Below the pieces are notes generated by a model that was not told where the DNA came from, made no database searches, and worked only from the letters and a program-made list of their open reading frames with translations. This document shows, in pieces, positions 9,032 to 17,951 of a stretch of 37,451 bases of DNA (positions are counted from its first letter, which is position 1; each line of letters opens with the position of its first letter). The position numbers and the translations under genes are program-made. This DNA comes from Candidatus Ancaeobacter aquaticus (lineage in GTDB: Bacteria > Auribacterota > Ancaeobacteria > Ancaeobacterales > Ancaeobacteraceae), in the NCBI GenBank assembly GCA_030765405.1, contig JAVCCP010000022.1:1-37451 (forward strand), read 5' to 3'.

Positions 9032-9861
9032 TCACTCCTGATTATCTCTAATCATATCAAAATATTCTTCATAATGCTCAGCAACTTCACTTGAACTAAT
9101 TATCACTGAAGACTCATTATTTTTCATTAGTGCTGAATAGCTCCAGTTTGTACTACCTATTACCGTTATATAGTTATCAATAATTATCAGTTTGCTATGT
9201 GTCGTAATATTAAGCGGGTCATTGTACACTAAAACCCCCGCTTTCTCAAGCATCCTTTTAACTTCGTTATTCTTTTTATTTAGCCCATTATTACGCGAGT
9301 CGCTACTTCTCTCTAATCGGGGGGTGCAAAGCAATAATATGAACAACTTGGCTGAAGCGATTTTGGAGCGAAACAAGGCACGAAGAGCTTGCGTATCCTC
9401 TGCGATACGCAAGCGATAAGCAACACAGTTGCAGCCCAAAAGCGACCAGCCCCTTCGGGGAGGCTCATCTTTGGTCGTCTGCTTCGTTGCTCCTCCTTGG
9501 CATACCGCATAGGGTATGCCGCGTCGTCACGCCTTACATTCGATTCAAAGATGAGCCTCCAAGTTTGTCATATTATTGCTTCGCACCCCCTTACCTCTAC
9601 GTCGACATTCCGGGCTCGTGCCTCAATCAGATCCTTAATAAGCATATTTGTCTGACTCATAAACCTACCATGATAATATCGCGCCGAAAACATTATCACT
9701 TTAATGGATTTTTTTGCTTGCGAGAACAAAGTGTGCAGGTTTGTAAAATACGTACGGTTATCTATCGGATCTACCGAATCGACAGATAATGAAAATACAT
9801 TATTAGCTGCTAACAGTATAATAATACAGTAGATACTTATTCTTCCGCAATATCTCAGCAT
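9032..9861 (-). pseudogene. Exported phospholipase D-like (single HKD, Nuc-type) protein interrupted by repeat element A1
   Basis: The N-half (9591..9861) has a signal peptide and FSQAKKSIKVIMF..LIEARARNVDVEV. The C-half (9032..9318) has THSKLIIID..VIGSTNWS..NNES. Removing 9319..9590 gives a continuous 185-aa ORF. Confidence 0.85.
9320..9590 (+). mobile_element. Family A palindromic MITE-like element, copy A1 (~271 bp)
   Basis: 32-bp terminal inverted repeats (29/32 match; 9320..9351 and 9559..9590) and an internal perfect 15-bp IR (9459..9473 / 9546..9560). It is GC-rich relative to its flanks and homologous to the reverse complement of 16887..17159. Confidence 0.85.
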
Positions 9862-9884
9862 GGCACTCTACACAGTTATGTACA

Positions 9885-11183
9885 CTATCTCTTTTTCAAT
9901 ATTTTATTAATCTTCGGTATAATTTTTTTCATTGCTTCTTTGGGTGTCTCTTTACCGCTAAAGACCAGATCCAACTCGGGATTTATATAAAGATCAGTTG
10001 CCATTCTCCAATTTGGATTAAACGGATTATATGTCACATACTGTACAGCCTCATTAAGCATCTTTTTGTTTTTAGGCAATTTTGGACTGAGGGCCCAATG
10101 TGGCCCTTCCGCTATTTTCATGTTTGCCGGTTGCGCTAAACCTGCATCAGCAAAACGGATCTGTCCATAACTACCGCTCAATGCTTTGACTACTTCCCAC
10201 GCAGCAGCAGGGTTTTTGCATGTTTTTAAGATAGAATACCCTGATCCTCCGGTGCCAAAACCTCTTATTCCCGTTGGCCCCATTGGAAACATAGCAACAT
10301 CCCAATCAAATGTTGTTATTTTACGCAGCATAGGCACTTCCCATATCCCTGATGCAAACATAGCAATCTTCCCGGCCATGAACATCTGAACAACTTGCGT
10401 CCCAAGATTTGCCAATGCTGTTTGTGATGGGGATACCTTATATTTATTTATTAACTCCACATTAAAACGCAAACCCGCAAGCGATTTTGGATCATCTAAC
10501 GTACATTTAGTTGGATTATCTATGTTATCGACTAAACTCCCTCCGTTAGAATAAATAAAATTTTGCCAGGCCCACGTATAGAAGCCGTACTGCACTGTCC
10601 TCCCATTTTCTACTTTAGTGAGTTTCTTTGCTTTATGAAGAAGGTCATACCAATTCCAGTCATCATTAGGATACTCTACCTTTTCAAGATCAAACAAATC
10701 CTTATTATAAAAAACACAAGCAAAAGGAGCGGTATCGCGTGGAATACAATATATTTTTCCTTTTTTAGTAAAGCGTGCAACAACTTCTGGGAAGAAACCA
10801 TCTATGTCAAAATCTTTGTCGTTATCAATAAATGGCGTAAGGTCCATAAAAGCATTTTTGTCATAGAAATTAGCAAACATATCCACTTCTGTAAAAATAA
10901 CATCTGGAGGCGTCCCCCCAGCGATACGCGTAAGAATCTTACTGATGTAGTCTGAGTAATTCGTATGTTGAATTTTTACGAATATAGTTGGATGGTCTTT
11001 CTGCCAGTTATCAATAGCATCTTGAATTATTTTTAACTCATCCGGTGTCCCCCAGCACCCAACACGTATAACCTTAACATTTTTTGCATGTGGAGATTTT
11101 GAAGTGCATCCATTAATGCATATAATGGATACAAATATAAGGATGAGTACAGATAGAAAAATCTTTGTGCGGCTATATATCAT
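9885..11183 (-). CDS. Sugar ABC transporter substrate-binding lipoprotein (SBP family 1)
   Basis: Lipobox INGC, GGTPPDVI, GKIYCIPRD..VFYNKDLFD, WNWYDLL, FMAGKIAM, WDVAMFP, AAWEVVKAL. Confidence 0.88.
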   Translation of the reverse strand: MIYSRTKIFLSVLILIFVSIICINGCTSKSPHAKNVKVIRVGCWGTPDELKIIQDAIDNWQKDHPTIFVKIQHTNYSDYISKILTRIAGGTPPDVIFTEVDMFANFYDKNAFMDLTPFIDNDKDFDIDGFFPEVVARFTKKGKIYCIPRDTAPFACVFYNKDLFDLEKVEYPNDDWNWYDLLHKAKKLTKVENGRTVQYGFYTWAWQNFIYSNGGSLVDNIDNPTKCTLDDPKSLAGLRFNVELINKYKVSPSQTALANLGTQVVQMFMAGKIAMFASGIWEVPMLRKITTFDWDVAMFPMGPTGIRGFGTGGSGYSILKTCKNPAAAWEVVKALSGSYGQIRFADAGLAQPANMKIAEGPHWALSPKLPKNKKMLNEAVQYVTYNPFNPNWRMATDLYINPELDLVFSGKETPKEAMKKIIPKINKILKKR

Positions 11184-11269
11184 TTTTAACTCCTTTTCAT
11201 GCTATTGGTTAGCAGGATTTTATTGCACGTGGTAAACACAAAAACGCATAGCTGTTTTCCACAGCAGTA

Positions 11270-14200
11270 TTATGCTCTTATTTCCAGGTTATCCCTCCCA
11301 AAAAGTGTTTCCATTTTTCTTAATAGCAGCTCTGATGGAGTAACTTTGAAACGTTCGTTTGCGGATACAATTACGTCCTCACCGCTTGATAATGAAAGAG
11401 AAATGTATATAGGACATTTTCCGGGATTATTTTGGCACAAATCTTTAAATTCCATTATATTTTCTGTTTTATTTGAACTATCGGTAATACGTACTTTTAT
11501 AGCTTTGGTGCATCTTTCTTTCGCTCTTTCTATATGATCAATTTCAGCAGCTAGAATTTTTGGAGTATCATCTTTTACGCTATTTTTCCCGACCACATAT
11601 ACTATGTTATCAACAGTGAGCATTGGGGAGCATTCCTCATAGACTGAAGGAAATACGAGAACTTCTATAGCCCCCTGTGTATCTTCTATAGTAAGTATTG
11701 CCATTTTTTCATTTTTTCTTTTTGTAACGGTATGTCGCACATGAGTAATGATACCACCCACTTTGACCTCTTCCCCGTCACGTATACTCAGGAGTTGTGA
11801 AGAGTTATGTGGAAGATACTGCAGAAGCAAATCTTCATATTTTTTTAATGGATGCCCGGTAATATAAAATCCGAGCAGCTCTTTTTCATATGCGAGTAAT
11901 TCTGAATCTGTCCACTCATCAATCTGAGGAATTGTAAAATGAATGCTTTTTTTCTTTTCTTCATCCTGAAGCATATCAAAAAAAGATGCCTGTCCATTTT
12001 CCCTATCTCTTCGCGTAATACCCGCGACAGATAAAGCATCATCAAGTGAAGCAAATAATTGCGCGCGTTTAGATCCAAAAGAATCAAACGCCCCGCACTT
12101 AATGAGGCTTTCCGTTATTTTTCTATTTACAACACGCGAATCAGTACGTTCAAGAAATTCTATAAACGATACAAAAGGCCCGTTTCCTTTTCGTTCAGTC
12201 AAAATACTGTGTACTGCATTCTCGCCAACGTTTTTAATTGCCGCAAGACCGAAACGCACATCTTTATCACTAACAGTAAACTGAGCAAAACTTGAATTAA
12301 TATCAGGTGGCAATATTTTTATTTGCATATGATCACACTCATTAATATATATGGTAATCTTTTCTGTATTACCCTTTTCACTGGTGAGAAGCGCTGCCAT
12401 ATATTCTTGCGGATAATTAGCTTTCAAATAAGCTGTGCGGTATGAAATAAGAGCATAAGCGGCACTATGAGATTTATTAAATCCATATCCCGCAAAATAT
12501 GCCATTGTATCGAATATTTTTTCGCCTACATGTTTTTGGATTTTATTTCTCTGAGCACCTTTAATAAAGTATTCCCTTTGCTCAGCCATTGCTTCAGGTT
12601 TTTTCTTTCCCATAATTCTACGGAGGATATCACCTTCCGCCATTGAATACCCTGCAATAACATTAGCTACACTCATCACTTGTTCTTGATACAACATAAT
12701 ACCATACGTATCATTCAAAATATTTTCCAAAAGCGGATGATCATATTGTATTTTGGTTCTTCCATGTTTACGACTAATAAAATCGTCTAGCATATTCATC
12801 GGACCTGGTCTAAAAAGAGCTATAAGGGCAATAATGTGATCAAATTTAGAAAGGCCTATCCTTTTTGAGACATCCCTCATCCCGCTACTTTCAAGCTGGA
12901 ACACCCCGATTGTTTGTGCTTGATTGAGCAAGTCGAATGTTTTTTTATCGTCCAGAGATATATGTCTAATATCTATTTTGATATCTCTCGTCCGTTCAAT
13001 AATTTTAATTGCCTCACTGATAACGGTAAGAGTTTTGAGCCCCAAAAAATCCATCTTTAAGAGACCAATTTTTTCAAGATCACCCATTTGATATTGTGTT
13101 GTAATTTCACCATTCGAACCGCGTGTAAGGGGCACATTTTCTGTAAGTGGCTGTTCAGAAATAACAACGCCAGCCGCGTGCGTAGACACATTTCTTACAA
13201 GACCTTCTAAAGTAAGTGCATATTCGTACAGTTTTCTAAATCGAGTGTCTTTTTGAGCTATTTCTTTAAAAGAGGGATCAATATCAAAAACTTTTGATAG
13301 CGTAACACTTTTTTCTCCTGGTATCACAGTAGGTATCATCTTTGCTACTCTATCAACTTCTCCGTATTCAATACCGAGGACTCTACCCACATCCCGCACA
13401 ACAGCTTTTGCCCCCATTGTGCCGAAGGTAATAATCTGCCCAACATTGTTCGCTCCATATTTTTTAGAGACATACTCAATAACTTCACATCTACGATCAT
13501 AGCAAAAATCTATGTCTATATCAGGAAGAGAGACTCTGTCAGGATTCAAGAATCGTTCAAAAAGGAGCGCGTAGCGAATAGGATCAATATCAGTAATTCC
13601 TAATGCATACGCCACTATGCTTCCCGCTGCGGATCCTCTTCCAGGACCCACAGGAATACCCTTTTCCCGCGCAAAATGTACGAGATCCCAAACAATAAGA
13701 AAATATGACTCATAATGCATCTTTTCAATTACTGACAACTCATGATCTAATCGTTCATTTATTTCAGTGTTACGCTGCTCATATCTATTTTTAATACCTT
13801 CATCACACAATGCTCTTAAATATTTTCGTTGGGTTTCACCTTTGGAAACGGGATAATGCGGCAAATACTTATTATCAAATGAGAATTCAAGATGACATCT
13901 ATCAGCAATTACCGTTGTATTGTGTAGCGCTTCAGGGACATCCTTAAAAATAGCCGCCATTTCCTTTGGTGACTTAAAGTAAAATTGATCATTAAATAAT
14001 TTTAGACGTTTTTCTTCTGCGATAGTCGTTCCTGTTTGAATGCATAATAGCGCATCATGAGCAAAAGCATCTTCTTTATTAACGTAATGGCAGTCATTTG
14101 CAGCTACAACACCCACGCCAAATTCCTTTGCTAAAGATATCAAATGAGGCATAACTTTTTTCTGCTCAGGAATACCATGGTCGTGGAGTTCAATATAATA

Positions 14201-14719
14201 ATTATCTTTTCCAAAAACATTCTTATAAAAATCAATGGCATCTTTTGCCTTTTTATAATCTTCATGCATGAGCGAATATGCAACTTCACCTTTAAGGCAC
14301 CCGCTCATACAGATAAGTCCACGTGAATACTTGGCAATAACCTCTTTATCGACCCGCGGTTTGTAATAAAATCCTTCTAGATGGGCAATTGAAGATAATT
14401 TAAGTAGATTTTTATAGCCTTCTAAGTCTTTAGCTAGCAGTACAAGGTGGTGAGATGCGTCTCTGATTCCGCTTGGTTTTTTGTCATGCCTGCTTCGCGG
14501 AGCAACATACATTTCAGAGCCAATAATTGGCTTTATTCCCGTATTCTTGGCTTCGAGGTAAAATTGTATCGCCCCATGCATATTCCCGTGATCAGTAATT
14601 GAAACAGCGCCCATACCATATTTTTGAGCTTGCTTGCATAAGTCTTTTACCCTACAGGCACCATCAAGCACACTATACTCGGTATGAACATGTAAATGGA
14701 CGAAATTTGGACTGCTCAT
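11270..14719 (-). CDS. dnaE: DNA polymerase III alpha subunit
   Basis: PHP motif HLHVHTEYS, GPGRGSAAGS, PDIDIDF, YGFNKSHSAAY and a C-terminal OB fold. 1149 aa, with no intein-sized insertion. Confidence 0.97.
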   Translation of the reverse strand: MSSPNFVHLHVHTEYSVLDGACRVKDLCKQAQKYGMGAVSITDHGNMHGAIQFYLEAKNTGIKPIIGSEMYVAPRSRHDKKPSGIRDASHHLVLLAKDLEGYKNLLKLSSIAHLEGFYYKPRVDKEVIAKYSRGLICMSGCLKGEVAYSLMHEDYKKAKDAIDFYKNVFGKDNYYIELHDHGIPEQKKVMPHLISLAKEFGVGVVAANDCHYVNKEDAFAHDALLCIQTGTTIAEEKRLKLFNDQFYFKSPKEMAAIFKDVPEALHNTTVIADRCHLEFSFDNKYLPHYPVSKGETQRKYLRALCDEGIKNRYEQRNTEINERLDHELSVIEKMHYESYFLIVWDLVHFAREKGIPVGPGRGSAAGSIVAYALGITDIDPIRYALLFERFLNPDRVSLPDIDIDFCYDRRCEVIEYVSKKYGANNVGQIITFGTMGAKAVVRDVGRVLGIEYGEVDRVAKMIPTVIPGEKSVTLSKVFDIDPSFKEIAQKDTRFRKLYEYALTLEGLVRNVSTHAAGVVISEQPLTENVPLTRGSNGEITTQYQMGDLEKIGLLKMDFLGLKTLTVISEAIKIIERTRDIKIDIRHISLDDKKTFDLLNQAQTIGVFQLESSGMRDVSKRIGLSKFDHIIALIALFRPGPMNMLDDFISRKHGRTKIQYDHPLLENILNDTYGIMLYQEQVMSVANVIAGYSMAEGDILRRIMGKKKPEAMAEQREYFIKGAQRNKIQKHVGEKIFDTMAYFAGYGFNKSHSAAYALISYRTAYLKANYPQEYMAALLTSEKGNTEKITIYINECDHMQIKILPPDINSSFAQFTVSDKDVRFGLAAIKNVGENAVHSILTERKGNGPFVSFIEFLERTDSRVVNRKITESLIKCGAFDSFGSKRAQLFASLDDALSVAGITRRDRENGQASFFDMLQDEEKKKSIHFTIPQIDEWTDSELLAYEKELLGFYITGHPLKKYEDLLLQYLPHNSSQLLSIRDGEEVKVGGIITHVRHTVTKRKNEKMAILTIEDTQGAIEVLVFPSVYEECSPMLTVDNIVYVVGKNSVKDDTPKILAAEIDHIERAKERCTKAIKVRITDSSNKTENIMEFKDLCQNNPGKCPIYISLSLSSGEDVIVSANERFKVTPSELLLRKMETLFGRDNLEIRA

Positions 14720-14871
14720 TTGCTTATATTAACTTCTATGGGAGAATTACTTTAATTTTGTTATTGTACTCATATTATTTTTACCTACTCTACGGTAATT
14801 GTCAATACATTGTCATATTATATTATAGCACCTAGTACTTTAAAATTCCAATGATCCCCGAGAGGACTATA

Positions 14872-14902
14872 CCCAGAGAAATTTATTAATAAATTTCATG
14901 GG
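14872..14902. other. Intergenic hairpin containing a perfect 20-bp palindrome
   Basis: gaaatttattaataaatttc (14878..14897) flanked by ccca/tggg. Confidence 0.45.
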
Positions 14903-14981
14903 CGTGAGATGAGCATTACCCCTAACAATCTATCACACAGTGCATTACGAATACTTGCAAAACAAAAAGAAAGCGAAGCCT

Positions 14982-15869
14982 TTAGGCGCGCGGATGAAAC
15001 TCACGATGAATACTTTTGAGACGATTTTTATCAACATGTGTATAGATTTGCGTAGTAGATATATCAGCATGGCCCAACATTTCCTGAACCATTCGCAGTT
15101 CTGCCCCATTGGACAAAAGATGTGTTGCAAAAGAGTGCCGCAATGTATGAGGAGTCACATTTTTTGTAATACCCACAGAACATGTATAACCTTTTACCAT
15201 ATTCCATATTGACTGGCGAGAAAACCCCTTACCAAGACGAGTAAGAAAAAGCTCTGTTGTAATGAGTTCTTTTCTCATTTGAGGTCTTACCTTATTAAGG
15301 TATTCAATTACATATTTTATCGCCTTAGACCCAACGGGAACGATTCTTTCTTTAGATCCTTTGCCAAGACATTTTAAAAACCCTACATCAAGATTTACAT
15401 CTGTAACTTTTAAATGAACAACTTCTGAAACACGCATTCCCGTTGCATACATTAGCTCCAATATTGCTTTATCACGTATTCCTTTAGGTTTCTTTGTATT
15501 AGGCCCGTTGAGTATTTTTAATACTTCTTCTTCAGATAATGTATCCGGCAATGTTTTCCACATTTTAGGAGAATCTAATGTGCCGGTAATATCCGTAGCG
15601 ATCAACCGCTCTCTCATCATGAAGCGAAAAATAAGCTTAATTGAAACAATATTCCTTGCTATTGAAGGGGTACTGAGACCATTTTGCTTGAGATCCATTA
15701 TGAAATCGACAATATCGTTACGATGAACATTATTAAAAGAATCTATTTTATGTGATTCGAGATATAAGATAAACTTATTAATATCATGCCGGTAACTCGC
15801 AATTGTATTCTTTGAGAGTCCCTTTTCAGAAGATAAATATATGAGAAACTCATCTAATATTATTCTCAC
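14982..15869 (-). CDS. xerD: Site-specific tyrosine recombinase XerD
   Basis: YATGMRVSE, GKGSKERIVP, TPHTLRHSFATHLL, LGHADISTTQIYTH, and a C-terminal HREFHPRA typical of XerD. Confidence 0.93.
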   Translation of the reverse strand: MRIILDEFLIYLSSEKGLSKNTIASYRHDINKFILYLESHKIDSFNNVHRNDIVDFIMDLKQNGLSTPSIARNIVSIKLIFRFMMRERLIATDITGTLDSPKMWKTLPDTLSEEEVLKILNGPNTKKPKGIRDKAILELMYATGMRVSEVVHLKVTDVNLDVGFLKCLGKGSKERIVPVGSKAIKYVIEYLNKVRPQMRKELITTELFLTRLGKGFSRQSIWNMVKGYTCSVGITKNVTPHTLRHSFATHLLSNGAELRMVQEMLGHADISTTQIYTHVDKNRLKSIHREFHPRA

Positions 15870-15875
15870 AAGTAT

Positions 15876-16508
15876 TCACTCCCCAACATAAGGGTTATGT
15901 TGTTTTTCATGACCAATTGTTGAATGCGAACCATGCCCGGGATAAACAACCGTCTCATCAGGAAGAACAAACAGTTTCTTTTCAATCGAACATTTTAAGT
16001 CTTCAAATGAACCATAAGCCAAATCAGTTCTCCCAACTCCTTCATGAAAAAGAGTATCCCCCGTAAGCACATATCCACCATTTTTATCGTACAAAGAAAC
16101 GCCACCGGGAGTATGCCCCGGAGTATGTATTACCTTTATCTCCATATTGCCAATTTTGATAGCTTCACCATCATACAGCTCCTTATCAGGAGGGATATTT
16201 CCAGGGATAAGAACACCAAGAAGCGGTACATACTTTTTAGGGTGAACAAACATATCAACATCATTAGTATGAATCATCACAGGAATTTCTTTTCCGTATT
16301 TCTTTTTAAAATCAGCTATCCCGCCGATATGATCATAATGTCCATGAGTACAAATAAGATAGTGTACAGTAAGGTCATTACTGACAATATAATCAGAAAC
16401 CATTTTTGATGTACCGCCCAGATCTACTACCGCCGCACATTTAGTATCATCACAGCTCAACACATAACAATTCGCATCAAGAGGTCCCACTTCAAACTTT
16501 TTAATCAT
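15876..16508 (-). CDS. MBL-fold metallo-hydrolase (glyoxalase II/YcbL-like)
   Basis: THGHYDHIGG, HTPGHTPG, TGDTLF..GRTD, VYPGHG. Confidence 0.9.
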   Translation of the reverse strand: MIKKFEVGPLDANCYVLSCDDTKCAAVVDLGGTSKMVSDYIVSNDLTVHYLICTHGHYDHIGGIADFKKKYGKEIPVMIHTNDVDMFVHPKKYVPLLGVLIPGNIPPDKELYDGEAIKIGNMEIKVIHTPGHTPGGVSLYDKNGGYVLTGDTLFHEGVGRTDLAYGSFEDLKCSIEKKLFVLPDETVVYPGHGSHSTIGHEKQHNPYVGE

Positions 16509-17176
16509 TATTCACCTATATATATTTTAGCATTTCTGTTTTGAGAATGTATTCGCTGCAGAATAGTAACTGAAAGCACTGCACCGAGAGTATTAGCACA
16601 CACGTCATAAAAACAAGCATATCTTTCTGGAACAAAATACTGGTGAAATTCATCGCTCATCCCAAAAACTACCGCACAGATAATCGCGCCACTATTTGCA
16701 TATTTATTAAGGAATTCATTTCGAGAATACATAAAACTTCTTCTTATTAAAAGTGCGAAAAGTGCATAGACAAGAACATGTATTATTTTATCTATATTAA
16801 CTATTCTCGCTGAAGAGAAACAATTAAGTGAAAAAGATGATAAAACAAAAATCACTATCGCCATCAATAGAGATGGCATCCAATTAGGGGTTGAGAAACA
16901 ATAATATCCCCAATTTGGAGGCTCAGATTTGAGCCGTAGGCAAGGCGTGACGACGCTGGCGTACCCTTTGCGGTACGTCAAGGAGGAGCAACGAAGCAGA
17001 CGGCCAAAGATGGACCTCCCCAGAGGGGCTGGCCGCTTTTGGGCTGCAACTGCGTCACTCATCGCTTGCGTATCGCAGGGGATACGCGGCACTCTTCGTT
17101 CCTTGCTTCGCTCCAAAATCAGCTCAGCCAAATTGGGGATATTATTGTTTCTCAACCCCTCAACAAAATGAATCAC
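16508..17176 (-). CDS. VanZ-like membrane protein carrying an in-frame 91-aa insertion from element A2
   Basis: DKIIHVLVYALF..FGMSDEFHQYFVPERYACFYDVCANTLGA is a VanZ-like signature. Residues 7-97 are encoded by the repeat, and the native protein would be 131 aa. Confidence 0.8.
   Translation of the reverse strand: MIHFVEGLRNNNIPNLAELILERSKERRVPRIPCDTQAMSDAVAAQKRPAPLGRSIFGRLLRCSSLTYRKGYASVVTPCLRLKSEPPNWGYYCFSTPNWMPSLLMAIVIFVLSSFSLNCFSSARIVNIDKIIHVLVYALFALLIRRSFMYSRNEFLNKYANSGAIICAVVFGMSDEFHQYFVPERYACFYDVCANTLGAVLSVTILQRIHSQNRNAKIYIGE
16887..17159 (-). mobile_element. Family A palindromic MITE-like element, copy A2 (273 bp)
   Basis: Perfect 33-bp inverted repeat at 16886..16918 and 17128..17160. 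Its reverse complement aligns end to end with A1 with two 1-nt indels. Confidence 0.88.
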
Positions 17177-17207
17177 GGTAAATACCTTTTATTTTTTCCA
17201 GTGTACA

Positions 17208-17927
17208 TTATCTTCCAAAAGACAATCGTTCAGCGATTATTTTCGGCAAACTGGCATCTATTATCCTATCCTGCGTTCGCTGTATCTCATAGGGTAATCT
17301 TTTAACATTCACGCTATTTGTGTCTGTATCGTAAATCACTGCGCACGCATCAGGATTTCCATCTCGCGGCTGACCGATACTTCCCACATTCACTATAAAT
17401 TTGTAGTCTCCAGCCAATGGGTAATCTCCTTCATCAACCGGAATAAATATTCCGTCACTTCTAAAGATCCCGGGATAATGTGTATGCCCAAGAAAACATA
17501 CTTTTGTCTCTTGAAAACGAAAACTCATATCTGCCTCATCAATACTCATGATGTATGTCCATTTGTCAGGAATGTCTAATGATGCATGCACAACACTAAA
17601 ATCATTTTCATGCGCTATAAGATCAAGGGATGCAAGAAATTCATAATTTTCCTTTTTGATTACATTTTTTGTCCATATAACCGCTTCACGTGCAAAAGGA
17701 TGAAAATTTGTAATATCCGTTTTTCCTGTTACGGCCTGATCATGGTTTCCCGCTACAACTGGACATCCCAAACCTTTTACCACTTCGATACATTCATTCG
17801 GACTTGCCGCATAACCCACTATATCCCCGACTGAAACAAACTTATCAACCTTGTCCTTTAAATACGCGTGAACAGTTTCTAACGCTTCGAAATTACTGTG
17901 AATATCTCCCAATATCCCATATTTCAT
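17208..17927 (-). CDS. Calcineurin-like metallophosphoesterase
   Basis: GDIHSN, VGDIVGY, GNHD, GHTH, NVGSIGQPRDG. Confidence 0.9.
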   Translation of the reverse strand: MKYGILGDIHSNFEALETVHAYLKDKVDKFVSVGDIVGYAASPNECIEVVKGLGCPVVAGNHDQAVTGKTDITNFHPFAREAVIWTKNVIKKENYEFLASLDLIAHENDFSVVHASLDIPDKWTYIMSIDEADMSFRFQETKVCFLGHTHYPGIFRSDGIFIPVDEGDYPLAGDYKFIVNVGSIGQPRDGNPDACAVIYDTDTNSVNVKRLPYEIQRTQDRIIDASLPKIIAERLSFGR

Positions 17928-17951
17928 ATTCTATACTCCCCGGCACCTATA

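Noticed and set aside
9319..9590. Tn3-family MITE assignment (GGGG termini)
   Set aside because: No 5-bp TSD at either copy and the terminal repeats are not conserved between copies. Left unassigned.
9192..9789. ORFs 9192..9419, 9313..9510, 9389..9655, 9487..9789 and 16929..17171 with mutually similar peptides
   Set aside because: The similarity comes from the family A repeat read in different frames. They are not independent genes.
11270..14719. Intein in DnaE
   Set aside because: The length (1149 aa) and continuous motifs are those of an uninterrupted DnaE.
14805..14833. dif-like sequence (aggtgctataatataatatgacaat, minus strand) near xerD
   Set aside because: Arm spacing does not fit the 11-6-11 dif architecture and the XerD arm is poorly matched.
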